Positions 26,999 through 38,019 of a stretch of 64,000 nucleotides of DNA are shown here, in pieces. Below the pieces are notes generated by a model, which searched no databases, was not told the DNA's origin, and worked only from the letters and a program-made list of their open reading frames with translations. The position numbers and the translations under genes were made by a program. The stretch is from Octopus sinensis (lineage: Eukaryota), in assembly GCF_006345805.1 (NCBI RefSeq), contig NC_043004.1, forward strand, positions 33,418,001-33,482,000. Reading direction: 5' to 3'. Each line of letters begins with the position of its first letter. The stretch's first letter is position 1.

Positions 26999-27532
26999 TG
27001 GTAATGAAAAATATTGAAAGCATTTATGATGAGTGAAGAATAAACAAAGCAGAACAATAACAACAACAACAAAAGCAAAGTAAAATTGTAAGCAGTGTTA
27101 TTCTTTTATAGGCGTCAAAACATTTTTATTGGAATTCTAACAGAAATATTTTGAAAAATATGATATTCCTGGAACTGACCACACTGCAGAAATATAAAGT
27201 TTCCAAGAGGTTCTTGTATAGATATTATCACGGAGATTATATCAACATGGAAGCATTGTCATACAGAGAACATTATCAGTGAATCCTTATCATCATAGAT
27301 ATAACATCAAAGAGACATCAGACAGAAACCATTATAATGGAAGTGCCGTCCTCAACAGCAAAAGAACATTGTCAAAGTGACATTATCATCATTAATATGA
27401 CATCACAAAATCATCAGAGAGAAAAACTATCAAAATGGTGACATCGTCATTTTTATTGTTGTCATCGGTTTTGTCATTGTTGTCATCGAAGTGATGACGA
27501 TGATGATGATCATCATCATTAATAGAACATTA

Positions 27533-27893
27533 TCTCTCTATATATAAACGGCAAAATCTGTGTGTGTGTCCTTTATACAAATCCACAATTTTTCATTTAG
27601 AGGGCTTGCACTTTCTATGGTCATTTAAAACCGTCCAAGGGTGGTCGTGCACATCTTTACATTTCCCCAATCACTCCACAAAGCTATTAAAAAATCAATA
27701 GAAGTGACTTTTTTGTGAATTTTCTATCCAAACCGAATCAAAATGCCTGGATCTTGATACGCCAATTTAATGCCAGCTAGCTGTATGTGATTGGTTGGAG
27801 ATTTGGACAGTACTCACGTGTATGTGCGCACGCACGCAGCTGTATATGCATGCACTAGCACTATGACCTGACGTTGCTGGGTCATAGTGCTAG
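27533..27893 (+). mobile_element. Non-autonomous Helitron
   Basis: A|TC 5' end (TCTCTCTATATATAAACGGC), CTAG|T 3' end, terminal hairpin, no TSD; excision restores AACATTATCATAGAG, matching the host repeat. Confidence 0.85.
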
Positions 27894-28067
27894 TCATAGA
27901 GATAGCATAACAGAAACATCAGAGAAGAACTATTTTGTTAGAGATAACAACATCATCATCAGAGAGACATCATCAAAGTGACATTTCTACCATAAAGAAA
28001 TTCTCATCATTGAGGCAGTGTCATAGAGATATGATCATCACAGAGACAATATCATTGTACTGATAAC

Positions 28068-28250
28068 ATCATCATCATTGTTTAACGTCTGCTTTCCATG
28101 CTAGCATGGGTTGGACGATTTTGACTGAGGGCTGGCGAACCGGATGGCTGCACCAGGCTCCAATCTTGTTCTGGCAGAGTTTCTACAGCCCTTCCTAACG
28201 CCAACCACTCCGAGAGTGTAGTGGATGTTTTTACATGCCACTCGCACAGC
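28068..28250 (-). mobile_element. RTE-type (GAT)n-tailed element, 5' truncated
   Basis: Minus strand ends CCATGCTAGCATGGAAAGCAGACGTTAAAC-(GAT)n, as at 31204-31626. Confidence 0.75.
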
Positions 28251-28605
28251 AATTACATAATCCCACAGATCATCGTCATTGGGTAAACCTTATTATGGAG
28301 ACATCCTCATCAGGGAGAAAGAGAGAGAGTGAGAGAGGAGAGAGAGAGAAATTAATGAAGACAACATCAGCATAGAAAAAGAATCCTTACAAGAGGCAAC
28401 ATGTAGAGTCTTCATCATCATAATAGTGACATCAAGATGACAAGAAGAACTTTACCATGGAACTGATAGCAACTTAAATTCGTCATCACAGAGAAATCGT
28501 CACCAAAGAGGCATCATCTTTATACAGAAAACATCAGTGGAGTGACATCATTGTTATGATGAACATTATTATCATAAAGACATTTACTGAATTAGAGACC
28601 ATCAC

Positions 28606-28820
28606 AAGGCAGTGAGCTGGCAGAATCGTTAGCAGACCAGACCAAATGCTTAGTGGAATTTTGTCCATCTGTAGGTTCTGAGTTCAAATGCTGCCAAGGT
28701 TGACTTTGCCTTTCATTCTTACAGGGTTGATAAAATAAGTACCAGCTGAACACTGGGGATGATGCATCATCTTGCCCCTTCCTCGAAATTGCTGGCCTTG
28801 AGCCATAATTTATAACCAAA
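28606..28820 (+). mobile_element. Meta-like SINE
   Basis: AGGCAGTGAGCTGGCAGAATCGTTAGCA head, B-box and core. Confidence 0.8.
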
Positions 28821-28998
28821 TTAGGGACTACCTCAGCAAAGAGACATTACTCGTTTTTGTTCTTAAAGAACTTCATTTTGGATTTGTAATGATATTCTTA
28901 GCATAGATCTTTCCCTGGTCCTCTGGTGTCATAGCCAGTCACTGTTTTTCTTATTTTGTGGTAGTTTACATACCACTTGCATAGAAGAGCACAGATAG

Positions 28999-29072
28999 CG
29001 ACCAATATGGGACATGAACCCACGACAGTCGTGTTATTAGCATGGTGCTCTAACCAACTGAGCTAACTGGCC
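28999..29072 (-). pseudogene. tRNA-Ile-AAT: tRNA-Ile(AAT) retropseudogene with 12 bp TSD
   Basis: GGCCAGT TA GCTC AGTTGGTTA GAGC A CCATG CT-AAT-AA CACGA CTGTC GTGGG TTCATGT CCCAT ATTGGTC G; two anticodon-stem mismatches and altered T-loop; GAGCACAGATAG at 28987-28998 and 29075-29086. Confidence 0.9.
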
Positions 29073-30133
29073 TGGAGCACAGATAGATGCTACTGTTGAA
29101 AAGGTCAGCATATGGGGTCATATGCGGCTGTGCTTTGAGTACATCTTTAATCAAGGCAAATAAGTTTTGAGTTGGTAGAGTGTTAAATGAAGCAGTAGTT
29201 ATAAAGTTGATACATCTTTCTTTTTAAATATTAACCGTTTACAAAGGTCTCCAATTGCCATTCATTGTTTAATCCCTGCCATATCAACATGGCATGTCTT
29301 GAATCTTGAAATTATCTCTTATTCTTATAAGGAGCTGGTCTTAATTGTCATTTGGTATTTAGGATACATCATTAAAAGGCGGACCTAATTTCAATTAATC
29401 AAGGATTTATGTCATATAATATTTGAAATACCTGTATTTGTCTATGTTGTTCAAAATACATACCACCATAACCTCTGTGGTATTCATTTTAGCTCATTTT
29501 TCTTTAAATTATTTACATAGTACCTGGATTAATTTGAACTTGGAAATTTTATATCTAAATCAAAGGTTGAAATGATGTTATCCACAACACCGCTGATGCA
29601 TGCATATATCTAAAATTTCCAAATATGAATAAGTTTTTTTTATGCCATAGTAGAGACATAAATTCTAACATTTTGGACACAACATTCTTTGTTACAATTC
29701 ATGTTTATTTAGGCATACTAACTTATTCATACTTGCAAATTTTATTCACTGATTTTTATCAACATAGACCACTATTAGTTTCTCTGGACTTTGCTTTGTG
29801 TTTATATGTACATATATATATTCTGCATCGCTACCATCATTGTATTGATAACTTTCTCTAAGTATTATGCCACACTACCATCATACCTTCTATGCATCAT
29901 ATCAAACCACTTGGTGCTTCATTTTTATTTAATTTCATTGTTTAATCGCTTTCTTAAACATCCACTCTGCTATCTCAGAAACTGGTGAAGCTAGCAAATC
30001 TAAATCGGTTTTAGCAATGATTACAAAACAAAATCATTTTTTGTCTGTATATAGTTTTATTTGTATATAAATACATATACATACCAATATACATATGTGT
30101 GTGTGTATGTGCATGTGTGTGTATGTATGTATG

Positions 30134-30185
<52 letters not shown>

Positions 30186-31203
30186 ATATATATTTATAGA
30201 TAGTTAGATAGATAGATAGATAGATAGGCAGACAGAGATAGATAGATAGATAGATAAATGTATCTGTTGAGTGAGTTATGGTTTACTTTAAAAATGAAAT
30301 GAATTACACAAAAAAAAAAGTGAAATTCACTAAAAATAAGAGTTTTACTAAAATACCAAAATGAAAATCAGTTCTACAAAACTGAAATTCTATACAAATA
30401 TGTTAACTCATAACAAAACAATGTCATTCAGATACGACTGGTTCCAACAGTAGAAAAAAATATTACATTTGAATATTAACCATATACAAAAAAGAAAAAG
30501 AAAAAAACGGAAATGTTCCTGTGGTTTTCATCTGTTAACTTTTTGGTTAATACTTGGTTAAATATTTCTTCTGATTATGTAATGGAATGGAAGTTCTGCA
30601 CCTTATTGAGCATAATTCTACTTGTGTTGTGTAAGGCCAGTCCCTAAGTAATGTTGAATTTTTAGATTATGATTTTGAAAATGAAAAAAAAAATGTTTAT
30701 TTCAAACATTTTAAAAATCTGTACATACTTTCCATTACTATTAATGATAGTCTGCTCCACTAATGGATTAAAATCTTTTAAATCCATGTTATATAAAAAA
30801 GGTATCAAGAGCTTTTGAGGCAAAAAACACTAAAAAATTTGTTTTTAGTTCCTCTGAAATTCCCTGTCACTAATTATGATAATGATAAACTCTTACAATT
30901 TATAGGAGTAATATTTTCAAAGAGAACTGCAAGAGATTACATTTGGGCTGAAATAAACACTTCAGCTCCTCATTACACTAACTTCGATAAAAATAACAAC
31001 ATTGAAACAATTCACTCTAAAATGAAAGACTAATTTTTTTAGCTTGTTGAAGAAGATAACAATCTTGATGTGATCACTGCTAAGGGCTTCACAATCATAA
31101 ATACATCACAGATGTTGTTGAGTAAGCCAACAACATTCTTAGAACAATAAAAAACAGTTATTTTCATTAGTTAGTGACAAACATATTCTCTTCAAGACTA
31201 CAT

Positions 31204-31626
31204 CATCATCATCATCGTTTAACGTCTGCTTTCCATGCTAGCATGGTTTTGGACGATTTTGACTGAGGGCCGGTGAACCACATGGCTGCACCAGGCTCCA
31301 ATCTTGATCTGGCAGGGTTTCTAAAGCTGGATGCCCTTCCTAACGCCAACCACTCCGAGAGTGTAGTGGGTGCTTTTTACATGCCACCAGCATGGGGGCC
31401 AGTTAGGCGGTACTGGCAATGACATTGCTCGAATCTTTACACATGCCACCGACACAGGTGCCAGTAAGGCGACGTTGGTAACAATCACGCTTGAATGGTG
31501 CCCTTTTACATGCCACCGGCACAGAAGCCAGTCGGCTGCTCTGGCAACGATCATGCTCAGATGGTGCTCTTGGCACCCTACTAACACGGGCACAAATACC
31601 AGTAAGGCGACGTTGGTAACGATCAC
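31204..31626 (-). mobile_element. RTE-type (GAT)n-tailed element with internal ~60-65 bp tandem units and 19 bp TSD
   Basis: TSD ATTCTCTTCAAGACTACAT at 31185-31203 and 31627-31645; repeated TTTTACATGCCACC and CCAGTAAGGCGACGTTGGTAAC.ATCAC units. Confidence 0.85.
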
Positions 31627-32315
31627 ATTCTCTTCAAGACTACATTGTGAAGAAACTTAAAATAATATCATTTGTTGACTACATTTGTTTAAAGCTTAGG
31701 ATCTTGAAGAAACTGCAAATGAAATTAGAAAATTAATTGCATCATTAAAGTAGCTGATATTTGGGGTTCGAGCTAAGGGGTTTGATTGGGTTTCACTGAT
31801 TGACAAATGAAGACAAGATTCTGAAACAGTCAAGAAGAAACAAAAGGCAAAGATGACATCACTGAAAATAGTATAATGGAATCCTATCAGACACCAACGA
31901 GATCATCATCATCCTCATCATTGCTGCCACTGTCACTGCTGCTGTTACCGCTGCTGTTGCTGCCAATGTCACCATGGCTTCCACCATGGTTGCTGTGGTT
32001 GTTGCTGCATTGCCATTGATGCTACCACTATGGCCGTGGTTGCAACCAACACCAGCTGTAAGTCTATCCTTTGCTTTATAAAATGTCTTAGAAATTTCAC
32101 ACTGCCTTGGGCTTTGTTATCTCATTTTATTTAACCTATACATGCACACACGCAACCTGCGTTAGACTCCTCACTCATAAAATTATTGAACCGGGAGTCT
32201 AACAGTGGTCCCTCCATAACACTTACATAGCATTACCTGCTTTTTGAGTCTTCTGGATACCAAAACCTCTTGTATACATACATACATACTTACATATATA
32301 TATATATATATATAT

Positions 32316-32602
32316 AAATTAGAAAAAAACCCACCTTTTATCAATTCAGAATGAACAATTAAATTACACCATCCAGAAAATTACATATAATAGAAATATT
32401 AACGTTAAAATAACAATAAACTGTCAAAGATTAAGTAAATTGCAAAAACAATAATAATAATAATAATAATAAATTGTATAAATTTATATAAGTTATTATT
32501 ATTGTCATTTTAATGTTAATATTTCTATTATATGTAATTTTCTGGGTGGTGTATTTTCATTGTTCATTTTGAATTGATAAAAGGTGGGTTTTTTTCTAAT
32601 TT
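32316..32602. mobile_element. (TA)n-flanked foldback element with ~100 bp arms
   Basis: AAATTAGAAAAAAACCCACCTTTTATCAATTC... mirrored by ...GAATTGATAAAAGGTGGGTTTTTTTCTAATTT. Confidence 0.85.
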
Positions 32603-32859
32603 TTTATATATATATTATATTGTGTGAAATTTGATTTAGTACTTCTAAATTGAATTTTTTTTCCTTGTAAGTTTTGGATTTTATTCCCTCAAATATTAAT
32701 ATATATATATGTATACGTATGAGAGGTGACTGAGACTCCTGGCAATTTGCAGTGCTTCAGAAGACACATGGTTGTCCATGCATGCAGGTAAATGATCTGT
32801 AGCCCTCTTTTATCGAGCATTCTTAATTTTGCAGGATTGTGGGTGCTGGTTCCATGCGA

Positions 32860-33090
32860 AAAGCATCTGTATTGGTAACACATAAAAGCACCCAGGCTGG
32901 TGCTACATGGAACCACGAAGTACACCGTATAAAATGGTTGGCATTAGGAAGAGTATCCAGCTATAGAAGCCATGCCAAAGCAAACATGGTGACCAGGCAG
33001 CTCTTTAGCTGGCCAGCTTCTGTCAAAATGTCCAACTCATGCCAGCATGGAGAACGGATGTTAAATGAACGGATGATAATGATGATGAAT
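32860..33090 (+). mobile_element. Diverged RTE-type (GAT)n-tailed element
   Basis: GGTTGGCATTAGGAAG.G.ATCCAGCT.TAGAA..CATGCCAGCATGGA.AACGGATGTTAAATGA. Confidence 0.7.
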
Positions 33091-33092
33091 GT

Positions 33093-33163
<71 letters not shown>

Positions 33164-33189
33164 AATGAATCAATCTCAGCCCTTAATTT

Positions 33190-33508
33190 TTATCTTAAGA
33201 CCAGTTGTTATTCTATGAGTTTCTTTTGTTGAACTGCTAAGTTAAAGGGAGATAAACACACCAAGACTGGTCGTCAAGTGGTGGTGGGAGTCAAACACAG
33301 ACACAAAGATACACACAAACACACACACACACACATAGGTGCAATGGGCTTCTTTCTGTTTCCGTCTACCAAATCCACTCACCAGGCTTTTGGTTGGCCT
33401 GAGGCTATAGTAGAAGACATCTATCCAAGGTGCCACTCAGTGGAACTGAACCCAGAACCATGTGGTTGGTAAGTAATGTTCTTACTACACATCCACACTT
33501 GTGCCTAT
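33190..33508 (-). mobile_element. CORE-like SINE lacking most of the tail
   Basis: Head and core recognisable. Confidence 0.8.
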
Positions 33509-33603
33509 ACATATATATATATATATATTAGTATATGTATGTATGTATGTATGCATGTATGCATGTATGTATGTATATATTTATATATGTGTGTGTGTGT
33601 GTG

Positions 33604-33977
33604 TCAACTTTGCCTTTCATCTTTTTGGGCTTGATTAAATAAGTACCAGTTATGCACTTGGGTCAAGGTAATCGACTTAATCCCTTTGCCTATCCTTGTT
33701 TGTCCCTTCTATGTTTAACCCCTGTGGGCAATAAAGAAATAAATATATACGTATGTGCGTGTACATATATATACTTTTTTACTCTAGGCACAAGGCACGA
33801 AATTTTTGGGGAGGGTACCAATCAATTAGTATTTAACTGGTATTTAATTTATCAACCACAAAAGAATGAAAGGTAATGTCGGCCTTGGCAGAATTTGAAC
33901 TCAGAATGTAAAGACAGATGAAATACTGCTAAGTATTTCCCCCCGGCTTGCTAACATTTCTGCCACCTCGTTGCCTT
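33604..33977. mobile_element. Two Meta-like SINEs tail-to-tail (+ 33604-33742 tail B; - 33775-33977 tail A)
   Basis: Cores present in both orientations. Confidence 0.75.
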
Positions 33978-34099
33978 AATATATCGTTACTATTAATATA
34001 TATATATATTAATATATATCGTTGCTATTATGTTAAACTGTCATGTGTCTACATTTGGCTAAATGCGTTTTTTTCAATATCTATTTTTGCTTGCAATAG

Positions 34100-34196
34100 C
34101 TGGTTCTTTTGGTCAAACTATCGTATCTCCAGCTGCTTCAGATGCCAAGATCTCAAAAATTGTTCAAGTTTAGTACAATGGTTTTGCTATGGAATG
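34100..34196 (+). CDS. Candidate exon (unverified), possibly spliced to 34421-34462
   Basis: Polypyrimidine..TAG acceptor, ATG|gtaaaa donor, non-repetitive; one frame gives WFFWSNYRISSCFRCQDLKNCSSLVQWFCYGM; no homology recognised. Confidence 0.25.
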
Positions 34197-34264
34197 GTAA
34201 AACTATTTTTTCATTTTCTGAAAAAGCCACGTTTTGGACTTACGACAATTTTGCATAATAGCAA

Positions 34265-34308
<44 letters not shown>

Positions 34309-35366
34309 CCCTATATGTGTCTACTTCAATTGTGTTGACTCATTCTGTATCTCAGATTATGTCTATTAATTGATATTCTTTAATTGTTTTTTTATTGTTG
34401 GTATTGATTTGTTCTTGCAGCCTGGGAATACAACTCGCATTTATTGTATGGACGGACAATAATAAAAGACAATACATTTCACTTGAATTGTATATTGAGG
34501 CTTTCCTTTAAGTCATGTGTCATGAACTACACGACAGTGTTGCCAGATGTCAAGTTCATTGTAGCATTTTCCACAAGACTTTCTATGGGTTTTTTCAGAT
34601 TTTAATTGTAAACAAAAATTAACAACAAAATAACAATATATCTTTATTTCCAATTTTTCAAGTATCATGCTTACATTTTCAAGGATTCCAATGATAGAAA
34701 AGGTAAAATTAAAATTCTTCAACTAACTATTTGAGCTGCATAAACATTCTAATTAATTCCTGTATGCCCTTAATCCATCCGTTAATCCATGTATCCATCC
34801 ACTCATCCATCCACTCATCCATCTATCTTGCCATCTATCCAACAAGCCAACCAACCAGCCAGCCAACCAACCAGTCATGGAATATGTCCAAAATTACCAG
34901 CCAGCAAAGGCGCTTTTATAGAATCATTAAACCTGCTAGAAATAGCAACCAAATCACTCTCAAATCACAGATTTTTATGTTACATATATTCCGGTTTGAA
35001 GTGCTGCATACCCACCTAAAAATGAGTAATACTTGATTCGGGAATGTCTTTTATTAGAGGTCTGCTCAGTTATGAATGATCATTGGTTAAACAACAACAA
35101 CAAAAACACTTCCAGCCTCACCACCACCACCACCACACTGCTGCTGCCACTGTCATGATCTTTACCAGTTTATGTGTGGTTCTGAATGGTTATCTGTGTC
35201 TTCTATACTGGAATTTCATTTCCTTCTGTTTGTTAAGTCACAAACTTGCAACAATCAGAGGGAAACCAAATTCCAAATCCTGAGGGATTGTTATAAGAAA
35301 AACAGGTGAATTGCCAGAAATTATAGCACGAACAGATCAATTTTGTTTAAATTATTTTTAAATAAT

Positions 35367-35474
35367 GTACTAGCGACGGCGGTACATATTCTAAAATTGG
35401 AACGGCACAGAGAAGATTAGTATAGTCCTTGAGCAAGGATGACATACAAATTCGTGAAGCATTTCATATTTTTT
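35367..35474 (+). pseudogene. U6: Full-length U6 snRNA pseudogene
   Basis: GTAC..GGTACATAT.CTAAAATTGGAACG..ACAGAGAAGATTAG...GCAAGGATGACA..CAAATTCGTGAAGC.TT.CATATTTTTT; catalytic AGC mutated to AGT; no clear TATA at -30. Confidence 0.95.
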
Positions 35475-35870
35475 ATAGGCGCAGGAGTGGCTGTGTAGTA
35501 AGTAGCTTGCTTAAAAACCACATGGTTCCAGGTTCACTCCTACTGCATGGCACCTTGGGCAAGTGTCTTCTACTATAGCCTTGGACCGACCAAAGCCTTG
35601 TGAGTGGATTTGAAAGAAGCCCGTCGTATATATGTATATGTATATATATGTGTGTGTGTGTGTGTGTGTATGTTTGTGTGTCTGTGTTTGTCCCCCCAAC
35701 ATCACTTAACAACTGTTCAGCAAAAAGATAGCAGTTCGGCAAAAGAGACAAATAGAATAAGTACTAGGCTTACAAAGAATAAGTCCTGGAGTTGATTTGC
35801 TTGACTAAAGGTGGTGCTCCAGCATGGCTACAGTCAAATGTCTGAAACAAGTAAAAGAGTAAAAGAGTAA
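35475..35870 (+). mobile_element. Full-length CORE-like SINE directly joined to the U6 3' end
   Basis: ATAGGCGCAGGAGTGGCTGTG head starts right after the U6 T-tract; ends in (GAGTAAAA)n. Confidence 0.9.
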
Positions 35871-36045
35871 TTTATTTTCCCTTCTCTTTGAGCATGATTA
35901 TATGTGCCTTTTAAGCCATTGAAACCAGCAGCATATTTTGATAAAAATGTGAATACCTACTTTTATCCACAATAATATTCTGAAAGCATCTTCTCTTTGT
36001 TTTTGATAGAAATTTACTCATGGGAAACCACTTAATTTTTTTCAA

Positions 36046-36080
<35 letters not shown>

Positions 36081-36190
36081 GTAGCTCAAAACACTGGTAC
36101 TGCCTGTTGGCATCATTAGGTTGTAACCAGGAAAATAGAACAGGAGCTTCTATATACATTTTCAAAACATTTCCTATAAACAAACTTAAA

Positions 36191-36250
<60 letters not shown>

Positions 36251-36255
<5 letters not shown>

Positions 36256-36391
36256 GGGCATTACTATACATAAATGCCTCATGTTAAGAGGGACTCTTAA
36301 AGTCAAAAACTACCCTAATATAATTATGGTAGTTTTTGACTCTAAGAGTCCCTCCTAACATGAGGCATTTATGTATAGTAATGCCCTTAAT
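36251..36391. repeat. Near-perfect palindrome (~64 bp arms, ~13 nt loop) at the end of a (TA)n tract; second copy at 36776-36914
   Basis: ATTAAGGGCATTACTATACATAAATGCCTCATGTTA... mirrored by ...TAACATGAGGCATTTATGTATAGTAATGCCCTTAAT. Confidence 0.9.
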
Positions 36392-36496
36392 ATAAATAAA
36401 TATATTTAAAGGGAATAATTAATAAATTTTTTCCCTATGAAGTTTTTCATGCTAACTACTTAATAAATTCTTATAAAGGTTTTATCTTATTTTAAA

Positions 36497-36530
<34 letters not shown>

Positions 36531-36720
36531 TTGTATAAATTAAAGGTAAAAAACTTTTTTATCCACACCCATTTATTACATTCAGTTGTGTAATTGCCAT
36601 TCAAATAAAAAAAAAACTCTTGTGTATTAATAATTGGGTTTTCTACGAGCAGTATATTGGGTAGATATTATCCCTTAGTTGGTTGGATTAAGAACCTCTA
36701 ACTCTCTTGGAATTATATAT

Positions 36721-36766
<46 letters not shown>

Positions 36767-37018
36767 GATATATATATTAAGGGCATTACTATACATAAAT
36801 GCCTCATGTTAAGAGGGACTCTTAAAGTCAAAAACTACCCTAATATAATTATGGTAGTTTTTGACTCTAAGAGTCCCTCCTAACATGAGGCATTTATGTA
36901 TAGTAATGCCCTTATATAATAAATATATTTAAAGGGAATAATTAATAAATTTTTTCCCTTATGAAGTTTTTCATGCTAACTACTTAATAAATTCTTATAA
37001 AGGTTTTATCTTATTTTA

Positions 37019-37054
<36 letters not shown>

Positions 37055-37234
37055 TTGTATAAATTAAAGGTAAAAAACTTTTTTATCCACACCCATTTAT
37101 TACATTCAGTTGTGTAATTGCCATTCAAATAAAAAAAAAACTCTTGTGTATTAATAATTGGGTTTTCTACGAGCAGTATATTGGGTAGATATTATCCCTT
37201 AGTTGGTTGGATTAAGAACCTCTAACTCTCTTGG

Positions 37235-37240
<6 letters not shown>
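36251..37240. repeat. Tandem duplication of a ~520 bp unit
   Basis: 36251-36715 and 36776-37240 are near identical apart from single-base indels. Confidence 0.9.
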
Positions 37241-37265
<25 letters not shown>

Positions 37266-37268
<3 letters not shown>

Positions 37269-37354
37269 TTCTTCCATTTTCCTGAGCGCCTAATAATAAT
37301 AATACTGTAATTGTTCCAGTGTTGTTTTTTCTGTTTTCCCGTTTGGATTAATCT

Positions 37355-37385
<31 letters not shown>

Positions 37386-37405
37386 TATATATATATGTAT
37401 ATATG

Positions 37406-37439
<34 letters not shown>

Positions 37440-37650
37440 TGTATATGTACGACCGCGTGTGTACCGTTGGCGATTTTTTTCCTTCGTCTTCCCTTCCTTG
37501 GATCTTTCCTTTTCCTATGTTTCTGACGAAGAGCTCTGCTCGAAACGTTATACCCTCCTTCTTCCATTTTCCTGAGCGCCTAATAATAATAATACTGTAA
37601 TTGTTCCACGTGTTGTTGTTTTTTCTGTTTTCCTGTTGGATTAACCTTAT
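37266..37650 (+). mobile_element. Penelope-like non-coding unit in partial tandem (3' part 37266-37355 repeated at 37556-37650)
   Basis: Partial direct repeat separated by microsatellite; carries a minimal hammerhead. Confidence 0.7.
37519..37553 (+). ncRNA. Minimal type I hammerhead ribozyme motif
   Basis: GTTT-CTGACGA-A-GAGC tct GCTC-GAAA-CGT-T-ATAC: intact CUGANGA/GAAA core, 4 bp stem II, palindromic AACGTT stem III, one mismatch in stem I. Confidence 0.75.
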
Positions 37651-38019
37651 ATATATATATATACATATACATACATACATATATACACACTTATATACAT
37701 ACAAATATATACATATGTATATGTATGTGTGTGTGTGTTTATAGTCCAAGCTTGTCATTGCTGTTTACAATCTTGGTTGTCAATATGACCAGTTGCTCTG
37801 CACTTTTGTAGGTCAGTGGAATAGAGAGAGAAGAAAAGAAAGAGGTAAGAATTGGTAACAAGAACATCTAGCCCTTAAACCCGACCTCAAATAACTCTCT
37901 GTCATAATTCAAGCTTGCTTGGAAACATGGAAACTAAACCAAGGAACTGACAGAGATTTGGAAATAGACAGAACCAGAAACCTGAGACAGAAAACAGAAA
38001 TTACCCCTTAATAATAAGC

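Larger units (their letters stand above)
27200..28590. repeat. Cryptic degenerate minisatellite (GAGACAT[C/T]ATCA-like units)
   Basis: Recurrent drifted motifs AGAGACATCATCA / GTGACATTATCAT, interrupted by two insertions. Confidence 0.6.

Noticed and set aside
28999-29072. Functional tRNA-Ile gene
   Set aside because: Anticodon-stem mismatches, altered T-loop, TSD-flanked, no downstream T-run terminator
31370-31626. Regularly spaced repeats that could suggest a CRISPR-like array
   Set aside because: Units are degenerate tandem repeats inside a TSD-flanked retroposon; the spacers are themselves related; eukaryotic context with no cas genes
30780-31760. Possible hAT-like transposase relic around the RTE insertion
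   Set aside because: Only vague similarity (HLFKA*DLEETANEIRKLIASLK); not supportable without a profile search
35367-35474. Functional U6 gene
   Set aside because: AGC triad and internal stem-loop are mutated, many substitutions, no evident TATA at the expected position
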